From positions 1 to 38,896 of the IMG/VR virus record IMGVR_UViG_3300020045_014315: DNA of 38,896 nt; one strand, written 5' to 3'. The notes under the pieces were generated by a model that did not search any database, had not been told where the DNA came from, and was given only the letters and a program-made list of their open reading frames with translations. The position numbers and the translations under genes were made by a program. The first letter of the stretch is position 1, and the number at the start of each line of letters is the position of its first letter. Positions 18,137 through 26,523 of this stretch are shown one piece after another. Source of the stretch: a virus. Lineage: Duplodnaviria > Caudoviricetes.

Positions 18137-18170
18137 ACATTTTAATTTATATTTGTGGACATTTTAATTT
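18137..18170. repeat. 12-bp direct repeat ACATTTTAATTT x2 at 22-bp spacing, flanking TATATTTG
   Basis: Copies at 18137-18148 and 18159-18170. Confidence 0.7.
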
Positions 18171-18229
18171 TTCGATTATATATACTTCCATGAAAAATGA
18201 ATTGAATAAAAAAAAATGCTGCTGAATTA

Positions 18230-18442
18230 GTGGCTAAGAATATTAAAAAGATAGGCGTTAAAGTAAAATCTAAACGAGTGGAGTTGAATTATACACAGTT
18301 TGATTTGGCGGTTTATTCCAACTGTAGTCTATCTATAATATCCGAGTTAGAAACAGGCGTTTCCACAGGAGTAACGCTGTGTACACTAATAAAATTAGCC
18401 GAAGCATTAGAAATAAATGTAGATTCATTATTTTGCCAATAA
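18230..18442 (+). CDS. XRE-family HTH transcriptional regulator (GTG start; upstream ATG 18190 is out of frame at an A9 tract)
   Basis: KRVELNYTQFDLA...SIISELETG...TLIKLAEALEI HTH_3 pattern. Confidence 0.85.
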   Translation: MAKNIKKIGVKVKSKRVELNYTQFDLAVYSNCSLSIISELETGVSTGVTLCTLIKLAEALEINVDSLFCQ

Positions 18443-18480
18443 TTTTTGTATTTTTGTTTAAATGTAAATAGATATTAAGT

Positions 18481-18720
18481 ATGAAAAACTGGAGAACAAC
18501 ACTTACAGGAATACTATTAAGCGTACCATTTGCCGCTCAGTCATTGATTGAGGCTTACACAGCCGGATACTTCACGGATAAAACAGGATGGCAATTAGGA
18601 CTTTCGATAGCCGTTATCGTTATCGCTACAATATTAAAGGATCCAAAAAAAATAAATACAAAAGACATATCGGCAGACGGAGATGGAGACGGAGCTGTTC
18701 AACCCGGAAAAGGACTATGA
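18481..18720 (+). CDS. Putative holin
   Basis: MKNWRTTLTG start, two hydrophobic helices, charged tail. Confidence 0.55.
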   Translation: MKNWRTTLTGILLSVPFAAQSLIEAYTAGYFTDKTGWQLGLSIAVIVIATILKDPKKINTKDISADGDGDGAVQPGKGL

Positions 18721-19028
18721 TAAAAGTAAGCGAAATACCCATAATCATATATTTCTGCTTCATGCTTGCCTATTGTGCTATCGGAAATAGAGACAATGAA
18801 ACATGGAGCGGTTTATTTTTTTGCATGACTTATATGGCTTTATTTTGCATGTTTAGAAAAGAGAAAAATAAAACGATTAGAAACGTAGGTATTTCATTGT
18901 CTATCAGTCTTTTTTTATATGCCTCTTCTAAATTATTTATTGAGTACGATATTGAAAAATATTACACATTTATACCGTTCACCATTATATTTACAGGGTT
19001 GTTTTGCCTCCAAAATCGAGATAAGTAA
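18717..19028 (+). CDS. Multi-pass membrane protein
   Basis: ATGA-coupled start at 18717 (in frame with the track ORF at 18588); about four hydrophobic segments. Confidence 0.6.
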   Translation: MIKVSEIPIIIYFCFMLAYCAIGNRDNETWSGLFFCMTYMALFCMFRKEKNKTIRNVGISLSISLFLYASSKLFIEYDIEKYYTFIPFTIIFTGLFCLQNRDK

Positions 19029-19214
19029 ATGAATCAAGTTAAAGAATTCCTATTTTCAGGAGTAACATATGGCGTAGCCGGAACAGGTTTCTTTGTAAAC
19101 TTTTTCAACCCTGCTACTTTTAAAAGTGATGTATTATTTATAGGCGGTGTATTTTTACTGATGCTTCAAATCATACATCAATTGTTGAAATTTTTTGAAA
19201 AAAAAGAACCATGA
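19029..19214 (+). CDS. Small membrane protein (holin/antiholin-like)
   Basis: 61 aa, hydrophobic, abuts upstream stop. Confidence 0.55.
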   Translation: MNQVKEFLFSGVTYGVAGTGFFVNFFNPATFKSDVLFIGGVFLLMLQIIHQLLKFFEKKEP

Positions 19215-19357
19215 AAAAAAACACGTATTCTACAGGTAAATCACCCAGACAGTTTAAAGGCTTGTTAAAAATATATTTTTGGATAGGTGTCAATATTATA
19301 AGCTTGCCTGTTTTTCACGCTCACGAATTAAGTACTTATAAATACACTTCAATATAA
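19211..19357 (+). CDS. Small 48-aa ORF (MKKNTYSTGKSPRQFKGLLKIYFWIGV...), not in ORF track
   Basis: ATGA overlap at start and TAATG overlap with baseplate J start. Confidence 0.5.
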   Translation: MKKNTYSTGKSPRQFKGLLKIYFWIGVNIISLPVFHAHELSTYKYTSI

Positions 19358-20514
19358 TGGCATTACCGATTCCTGATTTTATAGAAAGAGACGGGCCTAC
19401 TATATTGGCTGAAATAACTACGTATTATGAGCAGTTAGTAGGCAGGACCCTAGAGCCTGCTCAGGTGGAATCTTTGGTTTTGAATGCGTTTGCTTATCGT
19501 GAGGTTCTGGTTAGGAATCAAATACAATACGCAGCCCTCCAGAATTTGGTGGCTTTTGCTGTTTACCCTGCTTTGGATTATTTAGGGGAATTGGTAGGCG
19601 TAGTTAGACTACCGTCTCAACCTGCTCAGACTACATTACTTCTCACGCTTATAGAGGGACATGGAGATATTTTGATACCGGAAGGATTAAGAGTTTCTAC
19701 CACTGATGGACGGGTCAATTTTGAGCTTATAAAATCAACTACTGTCCCGATGGGAACAGATACCGTCTCTGTTGTAGCTATTGCCCAGGAGAATGGAATT
19801 GCAGGAAATGATTATGCGCTTGGAACAGTTTCTTTGATTCTGGATCCACAGCCTTATTTGACGTCTGCTTCAAATACAACTATTACAGAAGGAGGTACAG
19901 AGGAAGAAAGCGACATTCAATTAAGAGAGCGAATTAAATTGGCTCCAAATTCGTTTTCTACTGCAGGACCTAATAAAGCCTATGAGTTTTGGACCAGAAC
20001 CGCCTCACCTCTTATTATAGATGTAGCGGTAGATAATCGAAAATATCAATCAGGAGATACAATTCCGGCAGGAAAAGCCATTGGAGATCCAATACCGGGA
20101 ACAGTTGAGGTTTTTCCACTAGTTCAAGGATTGGCAGTTACACCTCCCGAAATATTGTCCTCTGTTCTGGCTATTTTAACAGCCGATAGAATCAGACCAT
20201 TAAGCGATACCGTTTATGCATCTTCGCCAACAGCCATAGATACGACAATTGAGGTGGATTTGACAATATTAGACGGTTCTGTATCTGGAGATATTGCCCC
20301 TGTAGTACAAAAATTATTAGAAGGGTTTAGAGATGGACGTAGGAAATTTTTAGGACAGGATATTGTTAAGAATCAAATCGTTCAGTTATCGATGGTGGAT
20401 GGAGTTTACAATGTAAATGTAACATCACCTGCAACCGATTTAATTATTTCGGAAACTGAATTTGCAAATATAACAGATATTATAGTAAACGTTACAGGAA
20501 CTAATCCGGGATAA
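19357..20514 (+). CDS. Baseplate J family protein
   Basis: AYREVLVR, LDYLGELVGVVR, GGTEEESDIQLRERI, FSTAGP..AY, IRPLSDTV. Confidence 0.93.
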   Translation: MALPIPDFIERDGPTILAEITTYYEQLVGRTLEPAQVESLVLNAFAYREVLVRNQIQYAALQNLVAFAVYPALDYLGELVGVVRLPSQPAQTTLLLTLIEGHGDILIPEGLRVSTTDGRVNFELIKSTTVPMGTDTVSVVAIAQENGIAGNDYALGTVSLILDPQPYLTSASNTTITEGGTEEESDIQLRERIKLAPNSFSTAGPNKAYEFWTRTASPLIIDVAVDNRKYQSGDTIPAGKAIGDPIPGTVEVFPLVQGLAVTPPEILSSVLAILTADRIRPLSDTVYASSPTAIDTTIEVDLTILDGSVSGDIAPVVQKLLEGFRDGRRKFLGQDIVKNQIVQLSMVDGVYNVNVTSPATDLIISETEFANITDIIVNVTGTNPG

Positions 20515-20517
20515 TAA

Positions 20518-21195
20518 ATGTCACAGACTGAAAAAAACATATTATCCGATTCTATTGCCAGCGTTCCGCATTTGGCTGCATTTGATGCGGTGGCTCAACT
20601 TAGAATGTCGGATATTGAAATAGAGAACCTGCTTGTTTACATTATCGATATGGTTGATGCTTCGGCTCTTCCTATTTTGGCCCGTCAATTTGATGTGGAA
20701 GGGTTCAGGGGTTACGGATTAGCAACAACTGACGCTCAACGTCGAAGTATTATAAAACAGGCTATCGAACTAAAGCGTTACATGGGTACCGTTTGGGCGA
20801 TTAAACAGGCAATGATTGCTGTAGGTTATACGGATGCCGTTTTAATTGAAGGAATAGACACGGGTGATGTTGATACGGATTGGGCTAGATTTAAGATAGA
20901 ATCTGATTTGGGAGATACTATAGGTGTTTCCGGGGATTCTCAATCAGATTTAGCGAAATTGGTTCGAGAATACAAACCTACGCGTTCTTATTTAGAGGGG
21001 ATATCATATCGAATTACAATTTCTGATATTTTGGACCCTATAGATGACACTTTGAATATAAATTATGAAGCTCCATCTATGGAGGAGTATTTAGGTTATA
21101 TTGCTAGATTTTACAATGGAATTCATAACTATGATGGATCCATAAAATATATAGAGTCTCATGACTCATTAATTATTAACATTCAAAATTTATAA
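20518..21195 (+). CDS. Phage tail protein I (P2 gpI-like)
   Basis: ALPILARQFDV, IKQAIELKRYMGTVWAIK, EYKPTRS; follows J. Confidence 0.85.
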   Translation: MSQTEKNILSDSIASVPHLAAFDAVAQLRMSDIEIENLLVYIIDMVDASALPILARQFDVEGFRGYGLATTDAQRRSIIKQAIELKRYMGTVWAIKQAMIAVGYTDAVLIEGIDTGDVDTDWARFKIESDLGDTIGVSGDSQSDLAKLVREYKPTRSYLEGISYRITISDILDPIDDTLNINYEAPSMEEYLGYIARFYNGIHNYDGSIKYIESHDSLIINIQNL

Positions 21196-21196
21196 A

Positions 21197-21634
21197 ATGA
21201 ATGAATCACTAGGAAATTTAAAGGGCCGTTTTGAATTAACGGTTTTGGATATTGAAGGCAATATAATTGAGAAATATATTGATAATAATTTAGTCGTAAA
21301 CGGAGGGCGTACCGCAGTAATGAATCTATTGGGTGCCGCTACTTCTGGAAAGCAATTAACCAAATTATCAGTAGGAACCAGCGGAACAGCTCCTACTGGG
21401 TCTGATACAGCTATTACTGGAGCGTTCACTAAATCATTGGGTGCGGTTTCATATCCTACAATATCATCCGTAAAATTTGACTGGACTATAGGCGCATCAG
21501 AGGCAAACGGAATAGCCATCAAAGAATTTGGACTATTGTGTACAGATAATACTCTTTTTGCTCGAAAAGTGAGGGAAGTAATTAACAAAAATTCAGATAT
21601 CATTTTAAACGGTAACTGGACAATTTCATTTTAA
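21197..21634 (+). CDS. Tail/baseplate protein (fibre attachment type)
   Basis: NLVVNGG, EANGIAIKEFGL, LFARK motifs. Confidence 0.7.
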   Translation: MNESLGNLKGRFELTVLDIEGNIIEKYIDNNLVVNGGRTAVMNLLGAATSGKQLTKLSVGTSGTAPTGSDTAITGAFTKSLGAVSYPTISSVKFDWTIGASEANGIAIKEFGLLCTDNTLFARKVREVINKNSDIILNGNWTISF

Positions 21635-21643
21635 AATTAAATT

Positions 21644-22231
21644 ATGGCAAATGTTACTGAAATATCGCAATTTGATACAGGAATATATCAATTAGAAATA
21701 ACTGATCCTGTAGAGGGCGGGCCGGGTGGAATCTCAAACGCGCAAGCTATTGGATTGGCTAATAGAACTAGATGGCTAAAAGATAATGCCATTGCGTATT
21801 TTGCAGGGGAATTAAAATGGCTTGGGAGCAAAGATCAGGCTTTTATAGATGCTAATTTCCCATCCGGTTTAGGAACTGGTATTTATTCAGGATGGGCGGT
21901 AGCTAATGGAGCCAATGGAACTGATGACATGGGGGGAAAGGTTCCTGTGGCTTATGGAAATGGGTATGCTGTGGGTGCAGTTGGAGGTTCTGCAGATGCA
22001 GTAGTAGTTTCACACATACATAAAACAGTAGCAACTGTAAATCCATCTAGTGACTATAATTCAACATCTAAATACACGGCAGCATATAGAGGTTCTGGAG
22101 GTAATGCTGAGTACGGACTTCAAGGAACGGCATCAGCTCCAAACACAGGAGACACTACATCTACAGGCGTTAGCGGAACGGATAAAAATATGCAACCCTA
22201 TCGAGTTATTTTATGTATTCAAAAAATTTAG
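21644..22231 (+). CDS. Short tail fibre protein with collar-like C-terminus
   Basis: IYQLEITDPVEGGPGGISN..LANRTRWLK N-terminus; HxH; NMQPYRVILCIQKI. Confidence 0.75.
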   Translation: MANVTEISQFDTGIYQLEITDPVEGGPGGISNAQAIGLANRTRWLKDNAIAYFAGELKWLGSKDQAFIDANFPSGLGTGIYSGWAVANGANGTDDMGGKVPVAYGNGYAVGAVGGSADAVVVSHIHKTVATVNPSSDYNSTSKYTAAYRGSGGNAEYGLQGTASAPNTGDTTSTGVSGTDKNMQPYRVILCIQKI

Positions 22232-22234
22232 ATT

Positions 22235-22753
22235 ATGGCAGATGTAAAAAAATTAGCCCCAATTATTGGGAAGTGGGAGGGAAAATTTGTTAATGATCCT
22301 GCAGACAAAGGCGGTGCCACAAATATGGGTATCACAATCGGAACATGGAAACAAATAGGACACGACAAAGATGGTGATGGAGATATAGATGTGCAGGATA
22401 TTCAGTTATTGGATTACAATGATTTTTGCGCGGTTCTGAAACGATATTGGAACAGATGGGTAGCTGATAGCATAATTAATCAATCAGTAGCAGACATTCT
22501 AGTGGACTGGGTTTGGTCTTCTGGTTCTTGGGGTATAAAATTACCTCAGAGAATTTTGGGATTGAAAGAGGACGGAATTGTGGGGGTTGTTACTTTGAAG
22601 GCAATTAACTCAGCAAATCAAAAAGAGCTATTTGAAAAGATATTCAAAGCAAGGGAGGAATTTTATAGAAAAATAGTAAAGAGAGATCCTTCACAACAAA
22701 AATTCATAAAAGGTTGGTTAAACAGGCTTAACGATTTCAAGTATCGCGAGTAA
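22235..22753 (+). CDS. Endolysin, glycoside hydrolase family 108 with C-terminal peptidoglycan-binding domain
   Basis: [21 protein letters not shown]; DGIVG..TL; F.KGWLNRL. Confidence 0.92.
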   Translation: MADVKKLAPIIGKWEGKFVNDPADKGGATNMGITIGTWKQIGHDKDGDGDIDVQDIQLLDYNDFCAVLKRYWNRWVADSIINQSVADILVDWVWSSGSWGIKLPQRILGLKEDGIVGVVTLKAINSANQKELFEKIFKAREEFYRKIVKRDPSQQKFIKGWLNRLNDFKYRE

Positions 22754-22755
22754 GC

Positions 22756-22786
22756 AAAAAAAATAGCGATCCGAAAACCGCTATTT
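22756..22786 (-). terminator. Minus-strand intrinsic terminator
   Basis: On minus strand AAATAGCGGT-TTTCGG-ATCGCTATTT ending in a T8 run; G-U pair works only on minus strand. Confidence 0.7.
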
Positions 22787-22807
22787 ATTAACTAACCAAA
22801 ACTAATT

Positions 22808-22861
22808 AAAAACCACCTGAGTGTAAAAGTAATAAATTATTTTATATCAGGTGGGTTTTTT
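22808..22861 (+). terminator. Plus-strand long hairpin terminator ending the late operon
   Basis: AAAAACCACCTGA...TCAGGTGGGTTTTTT with inner TGTAAAA/TTTTATA pairing. Confidence 0.6.
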
Positions 22862-22872
22862 GTAAATAATCG

Positions 22873-23163
22873 TTATTTACGATTCAATAAAATTCTTGAA
22901 AATTCCAGTATGAAATCCCCATCGTATTTAGCAGGAGTCTCTTCTGGAATTGCTTCCAGTTCATTTTTAAAATTAACTGCTCCATTAAAAACAGATTCAG
23001 GAACTATGCAATAATTCATTTCTATTGTTTTATCCACAAATCTTAAATCGGAATTTCCTTTTTTTATTTTTACAACAAACAGTCCGCTGTTTGGGTAATT
23101 ATCATTTTTACTCGCTAATACAATGTCTTCAAATTCGATATAATGTATCTGTACTGTTTTCAT
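22873..23163 (-). CDS. Hypothetical protein
   Basis: 96-aa ORF at end of leftward operon with A-rich start region. Confidence 0.65.
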   Translation of the reverse strand: MKTVQIHYIEFEDIVLASKNDNYPNSGLFVVKIKKGNSDLRFVDKTIEMNYCIVPESVFNGAVNFKNELEAIPEETPAKYDGDFILEFSRILLNRK

Positions 23164-23187
23164 TATGTGTGTGTTTTATTAAATTAA

Positions 23188-23934
23188 TTAAAAATCATCA
23201 TCCTCGATACGTTCTGCAACTACAGGCTCTGCTTCTGAAACCTGTTCATGCGTTACATGTAAATCATTGACCTGTTCCTGATTAATCTCCTCCGCTTCAT
23301 AGTATTCGGTTTCCTGATTTTGTATTTTTGAGTTCAAAGATTCTGCAACCGTTTTATTAATGGTTTCAGTTTCAATATAACCGATGTCAATAGCTTCGTC
23401 TTGTGTGTGCATACCCATAGCCACTCCAGGACAATGAACTCTCTGAAAAAAAGCGGCTGCTCTGTATTGTAGCATTAATTCAGTCATGGTTGGCCACTTA
23501 GATCCTTTTTTATCCCACCATCCTTCTGACTTTGCCATAGCCACTGAAACCTTAGCCCCTTTAACTTCTTTTCCGTTTTTTCTGGTGGTATAAGCGTAGC
23601 ATGACCATGAATCTCCTTCTCCTTCAAAAACGAATTCTAAAGGCTCAGCAAATCCTGCCTTATCATTTACTAAGGCAATAAGAAATTTTGAATCTAAGGA
23701 TGGTTTTCCATAAATAACGGAGGTATTTTGCATTACCATCAAAACTGATTCTCCTAGTCTGTGAGACATTTCTAGTGCTACAATGCAGTTAGACACGTTG
23801 CCCTGATACGCCATTGGCACCATTGTAGATCTAGACAGTGGAATAGCTACCCTGTTTGCGTATTCAAAAGCATTCACGTCCTCAAATATGGATACGGATT
23901 GTGTTTTTCGTAATTCTGTTGTTAAATCACTCAT
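23188..23934 (-). CDS. RecT-like single-strand annealing protein
   Basis: STMVPMAYQGNVSNCIVALEM..R.G..LMVMQN..VIYGKPS and KWPTMTELMLQYRAAAFF; acidic tail; next to SSB and RecE-like gene. Confidence 0.7.
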   Translation of the reverse strand: MSDLTTELRKTQSVSIFEDVNAFEYANRVAIPLSRSTMVPMAYQGNVSNCIVALEMSHRLGESVLMVMQNTSVIYGKPSLDSKFLIALVNDKAGFAEPLEFVFEGEGDSWSCYAYTTRKNGKEVKGAKVSVAMAKSEGWWDKKGSKWPTMTELMLQYRAAAFFQRVHCPGVAMGMHTQDEAIDIGYIETETINKTVAESLNSKIQNQETEYYEAEEINQEQVNDLHVTHEQVSEAEPVVAERIEDDDF

Positions 23935-23937
23935 AGC

Positions 23938-24303
23938 TTAAAAAATTTCGCCATCATTAGTAGCTTGTAGATTTGCAGGCAATTGTTGTTGCTGTGCGGA
24001 ATTTTGTGGAGTTTCAGCAGGAGCTGGATGTACTGATGATATTCTCCATCCTTGGATAGTATTGAAATATCTTTTTTCTCCTTGTGGATTAATCCATTCT
24101 CTACCTCTCAGATTGATGTCGATTTTAACCGTTTCTCCGATCTTGAAACTAGTCAATAGATTGCATTTATCCTGAACGAATTGCACTAAAATATGCTGTG
24201 GGTATTGCTCATCCGTTGTAACAACACATTCTCTATTTTGAAATCCATTTGTACCGATATCTTTAGTATCGTAAATCTCTTTTAATTTTCCTTCTACTGT
24301 CAT
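23938..24303 (-). CDS. DUF3127-family single-stranded DNA-binding protein
   Basis: EQYPQHILVQFVQDKC, INLRGREW, YFNTIQGWRI. Confidence 0.88.
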   Translation of the reverse strand: MTVEGKLKEIYDTKDIGTNGFQNRECVVTTDEQYPQHILVQFVQDKCNLLTSFKIGETVKIDINLRGREWINPQGEKRYFNTIQGWRISSVHPAPAETPQNSAQQQQLPANLQATNDGEIF

Positions 24304-24328
24304 AGTTTTATGCGTTTACCCGCCGGTA

Positions 24329-25546
24329 TTAATTATTTTTAGGTTTTGGCATTATGATCCTGAGTCCTTCAGGTGTTTTTAGTCTGCTTAGTGCTACATA
24401 TAATTGACCCTCTGCAAAACACGGAACGGTTAAATCTAAAGTGGCTTGCTCAAATGTTAATCCTTGTGATTTGTGAATAGTCAAAGCATACGCCAGTTTA
24501 AAAGGATACTGCTTTATGGATCCGATGTCTCGAAGTTCCAATTTATTTTCTTCCTGATTTAAAACATACTCTTTTTTGGTTGCTTCAATTATTTCCATTA
24601 CATACTGGATTCCGTCAACTTCAATAAAGTATTTTTGTCCCTCATCTGTATCTCTTTGGCGAAAAATACCCAAAGTGCCATTTATGAGATTGTTATTTTT
24701 ACTGTTTGTCAAATACATAATTTTGCACCCGTCTTTTACTTTGATTTCAGCCTCCAAATTAAAATCAGTGGCTTTGGCGTTTCCCGTAACCGTTGCTTTG
24801 AAAATATATTCTTTGCCTTCGGCAGCATTAAACCCATCAATGTTATATTTATTGACTGTGGCATTATGTGGAGCCAGAATAATTCCCTGTGGTTCTGTGT
24901 GAGCGAATTTTTTAAAATACGGTGCTTTTCCTCCATCCCTAACAATATTCAGATTTTCTATAAACTCACTATCTGTCTGTCTGAGTATTTCGGTAAGTTC
25001 GATTTCTTTGATGTTTAATTTAGGGTAAATAAAAGCGTTGTAAAATTCTACGCCATCATAAACTCCCAGCATCATGCTTTTCATGTTATCATCAGCAACG
25101 GCTTTTAATTGCTTCAGGTCTCCAACGAATACTACCTGTTTTTCTTGAAGGCCTCCGCATCCGTTTTTCAAAAGAGTCCAGTTCAGGGCGTCCAAAATAT
25201 CAGCACGTAACATTGAAACCTCATCTATAAATATAACGTCCACGGCTTTTAAAACACGTCGTTTTTCTGATTTTAAAAACTGACAAGCCTCAAAGTCTAA
25301 AACGCCAAAAGGAGTGAGCGCAAAAGTAGAATGAAGTGTAGTTCCTCCGATATTATTGGCAGCAATTCCTGTAGGAGCCATGGCAATAACATTTTTACCT
25401 CTGTCCTGTAATTTTTGGATAGCCATTTTTGTAATGAATGACTTTCCGGTCCCTGCTTTGCCATCCAGATAAACAGATTCTCCAGCTAAAACACGCCTGA
25501 GAAACTCATCCTGTGATTTTGATAATTGTAAGGTGGTACCTGTCAT
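24329..25546 (-). CDS. Pif1-family (SF1B) DNA helicase
   Basis: GKAGTGKS, APTGIAA, TLHS, IDEVSM, GDLKQL, LTEILRQ, LAYALTIHKSQGLT, GQLYVALSR. Confidence 0.92.
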   Translation of the reverse strand: MTGTTLQLSKSQDEFLRRVLAGESVYLDGKAGTGKSFITKMAIQKLQDRGKNVIAMAPTGIAANNIGGTTLHSTFALTPFGVLDFEACQFLKSEKRRVLKAVDVIFIDEVSMLRADILDALNWTLLKNGCGGLQEKQVVFVGDLKQLKAVADDNMKSMMLGVYDGVEFYNAFIYPKLNIKEIELTEILRQTDSEFIENLNIVRDGGKAPYFKKFAHTEPQGIILAPHNATVNKYNIDGFNAAEGKEYIFKATVTGNAKATDFNLEAEIKVKDGCKIMYLTNSKNNNLINGTLGIFRQRDTDEGQKYFIEVDGIQYVMEIIEATKKEYVLNQEENKLELRDIGSIKQYPFKLAYALTIHKSQGLTFEQATLDLTVPCFAEGQLYVALSRLKTPEGLRIIMPKPKNN

Positions 25547-25550
25547 ATTA

Positions 25551-26333
25551 TTAGTTTTTATAAGCCCAATTAGGCAAATTAACTGCAGTTATTTCTGGAC
25601 TGAGACCAGGCCATTTTCCAGAGATTACACATTCTTTAAATGTGAGGCAGTTTTTTTTATAGGTTTCAATTCCTAATGCCATTGCTCTCTCATCTGGATA
25701 AAACATATTTATTTTATGAGGAGCGTTTCTCTCTACAGCAACAAATAAAAATCCATGATTAACTTCGGTAATCGATCTCATTCCGTCAACTTGTATGGCT
25801 GATTTTTTGTGTTGTTTGAATAGCCACATATCCTTAGCCACATTATCCATGGTTGCATCTTTGGTACTGGACAAACTAACTATCAAAGGTTCTGATGCAC
25901 TAATCCAGTGTGGTTTGAAATTGATTAAAACTCCTGAATTTTCCTCCTCAAAATCTAACTGTTTATCTGGATACCCTTTTGAGAAAATGACTTTAAACAA
26001 AGGGTGTTTTTCTAATTCTGCCTTCATTGCCATAATATCATTATAATCCTCTTCATTTATGATATTGTGTCCCGAAGTAGAGGCAGTTTCCATGAGTCTC
26101 GACATTTCGGCTTTTCCTATATTGGTTTTTAAATTTAATTTAGGAATCTTAACATAGGTTTTAGAGAATTCCTCCGGTTGCAGAACAGCACATCTAAAAG
26201 CAATATCGAAAACAGTTTCTTTGCTCGGAAAATATGGATCCTTATTTTCTTTTAGATATGCATACCAGTAATCTATAGGACTAGAATCTATTTTGTCTAG
26301 TCCTGTTTTATCGATGGTGGTTAGGTCGTTCAT
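25551..26333 (-). CDS. RecE/exonuclease VIII (DUF3799)-like PD-(D/E)XK-fold protein, catalytic motifs substituted
   Basis: Family outline present (GLDKIDSSPIDY, AVLQPEEF, FLFVAVER..P, C...GKWPG, LPNWA), but PD reads PH and DLK reads SLS. Confidence 0.72.
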   Translation of the reverse strand: MNDLTTIDKTGLDKIDSSPIDYWYAYLKENKDPYFPSKETVFDIAFRCAVLQPEEFSKTYVKIPKLNLKTNIGKAEMSRLMETASTSGHNIINEEDYNDIMAMKAELEKHPLFKVIFSKGYPDKQLDFEEENSGVLINFKPHWISASEPLIVSLSSTKDATMDNVAKDMWLFKQHKKSAIQVDGMRSITEVNHGFLFVAVERNAPHKINMFYPDERAMALGIETYKKNCLTFKECVISGKWPGLSPEITAVNLPNWAYKN

Positions 26334-26335
26334 AA

Positions 26336-26521
26336 TTACCTCGGAACTCCGTAACCGATATGCTCGTTTTTATTGTTGAATAAAGGATACACGTAAGACC
26401 TAGTTTGGTCGGCTCGTTTTATGGCTAAATCTTTGTTTACAAAAAAATAAGTCATTCCGCTACTGATTCGAGGTCTTACGTCAACACCTTCTGCAGTTTT
26501 GATTAACAGTTTATTTTCCAT
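26336..26521 (-). CDS. Hypothetical protein (61 aa, start MENKLL)
   Basis: ATG at 26521 follows the upstream stop at 26524; the track's longer start overlaps the previous gene. Confidence 0.6.
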   Translation of the reverse strand: MENKLLIKTAEGVDVRPRISSGMTYFFVNKDLAIKRADQTRSYVYPLFNNKNEHIGYGVPR

Positions 26522-26523
26522 GA

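Noticed and set aside
18588-18716. Long Arg-rich N-terminus of the 146-aa ORF
   Set aside because: It overlaps the holin-like gene in another frame; the coupled ATG at 18717 is the more plausible start.
6517-22231. Stand-alone tailocin or extracellular contractile injection system
   Set aside because: Terminase, portal and capsid genes are contiguous with the tail genes, so this is a phage.
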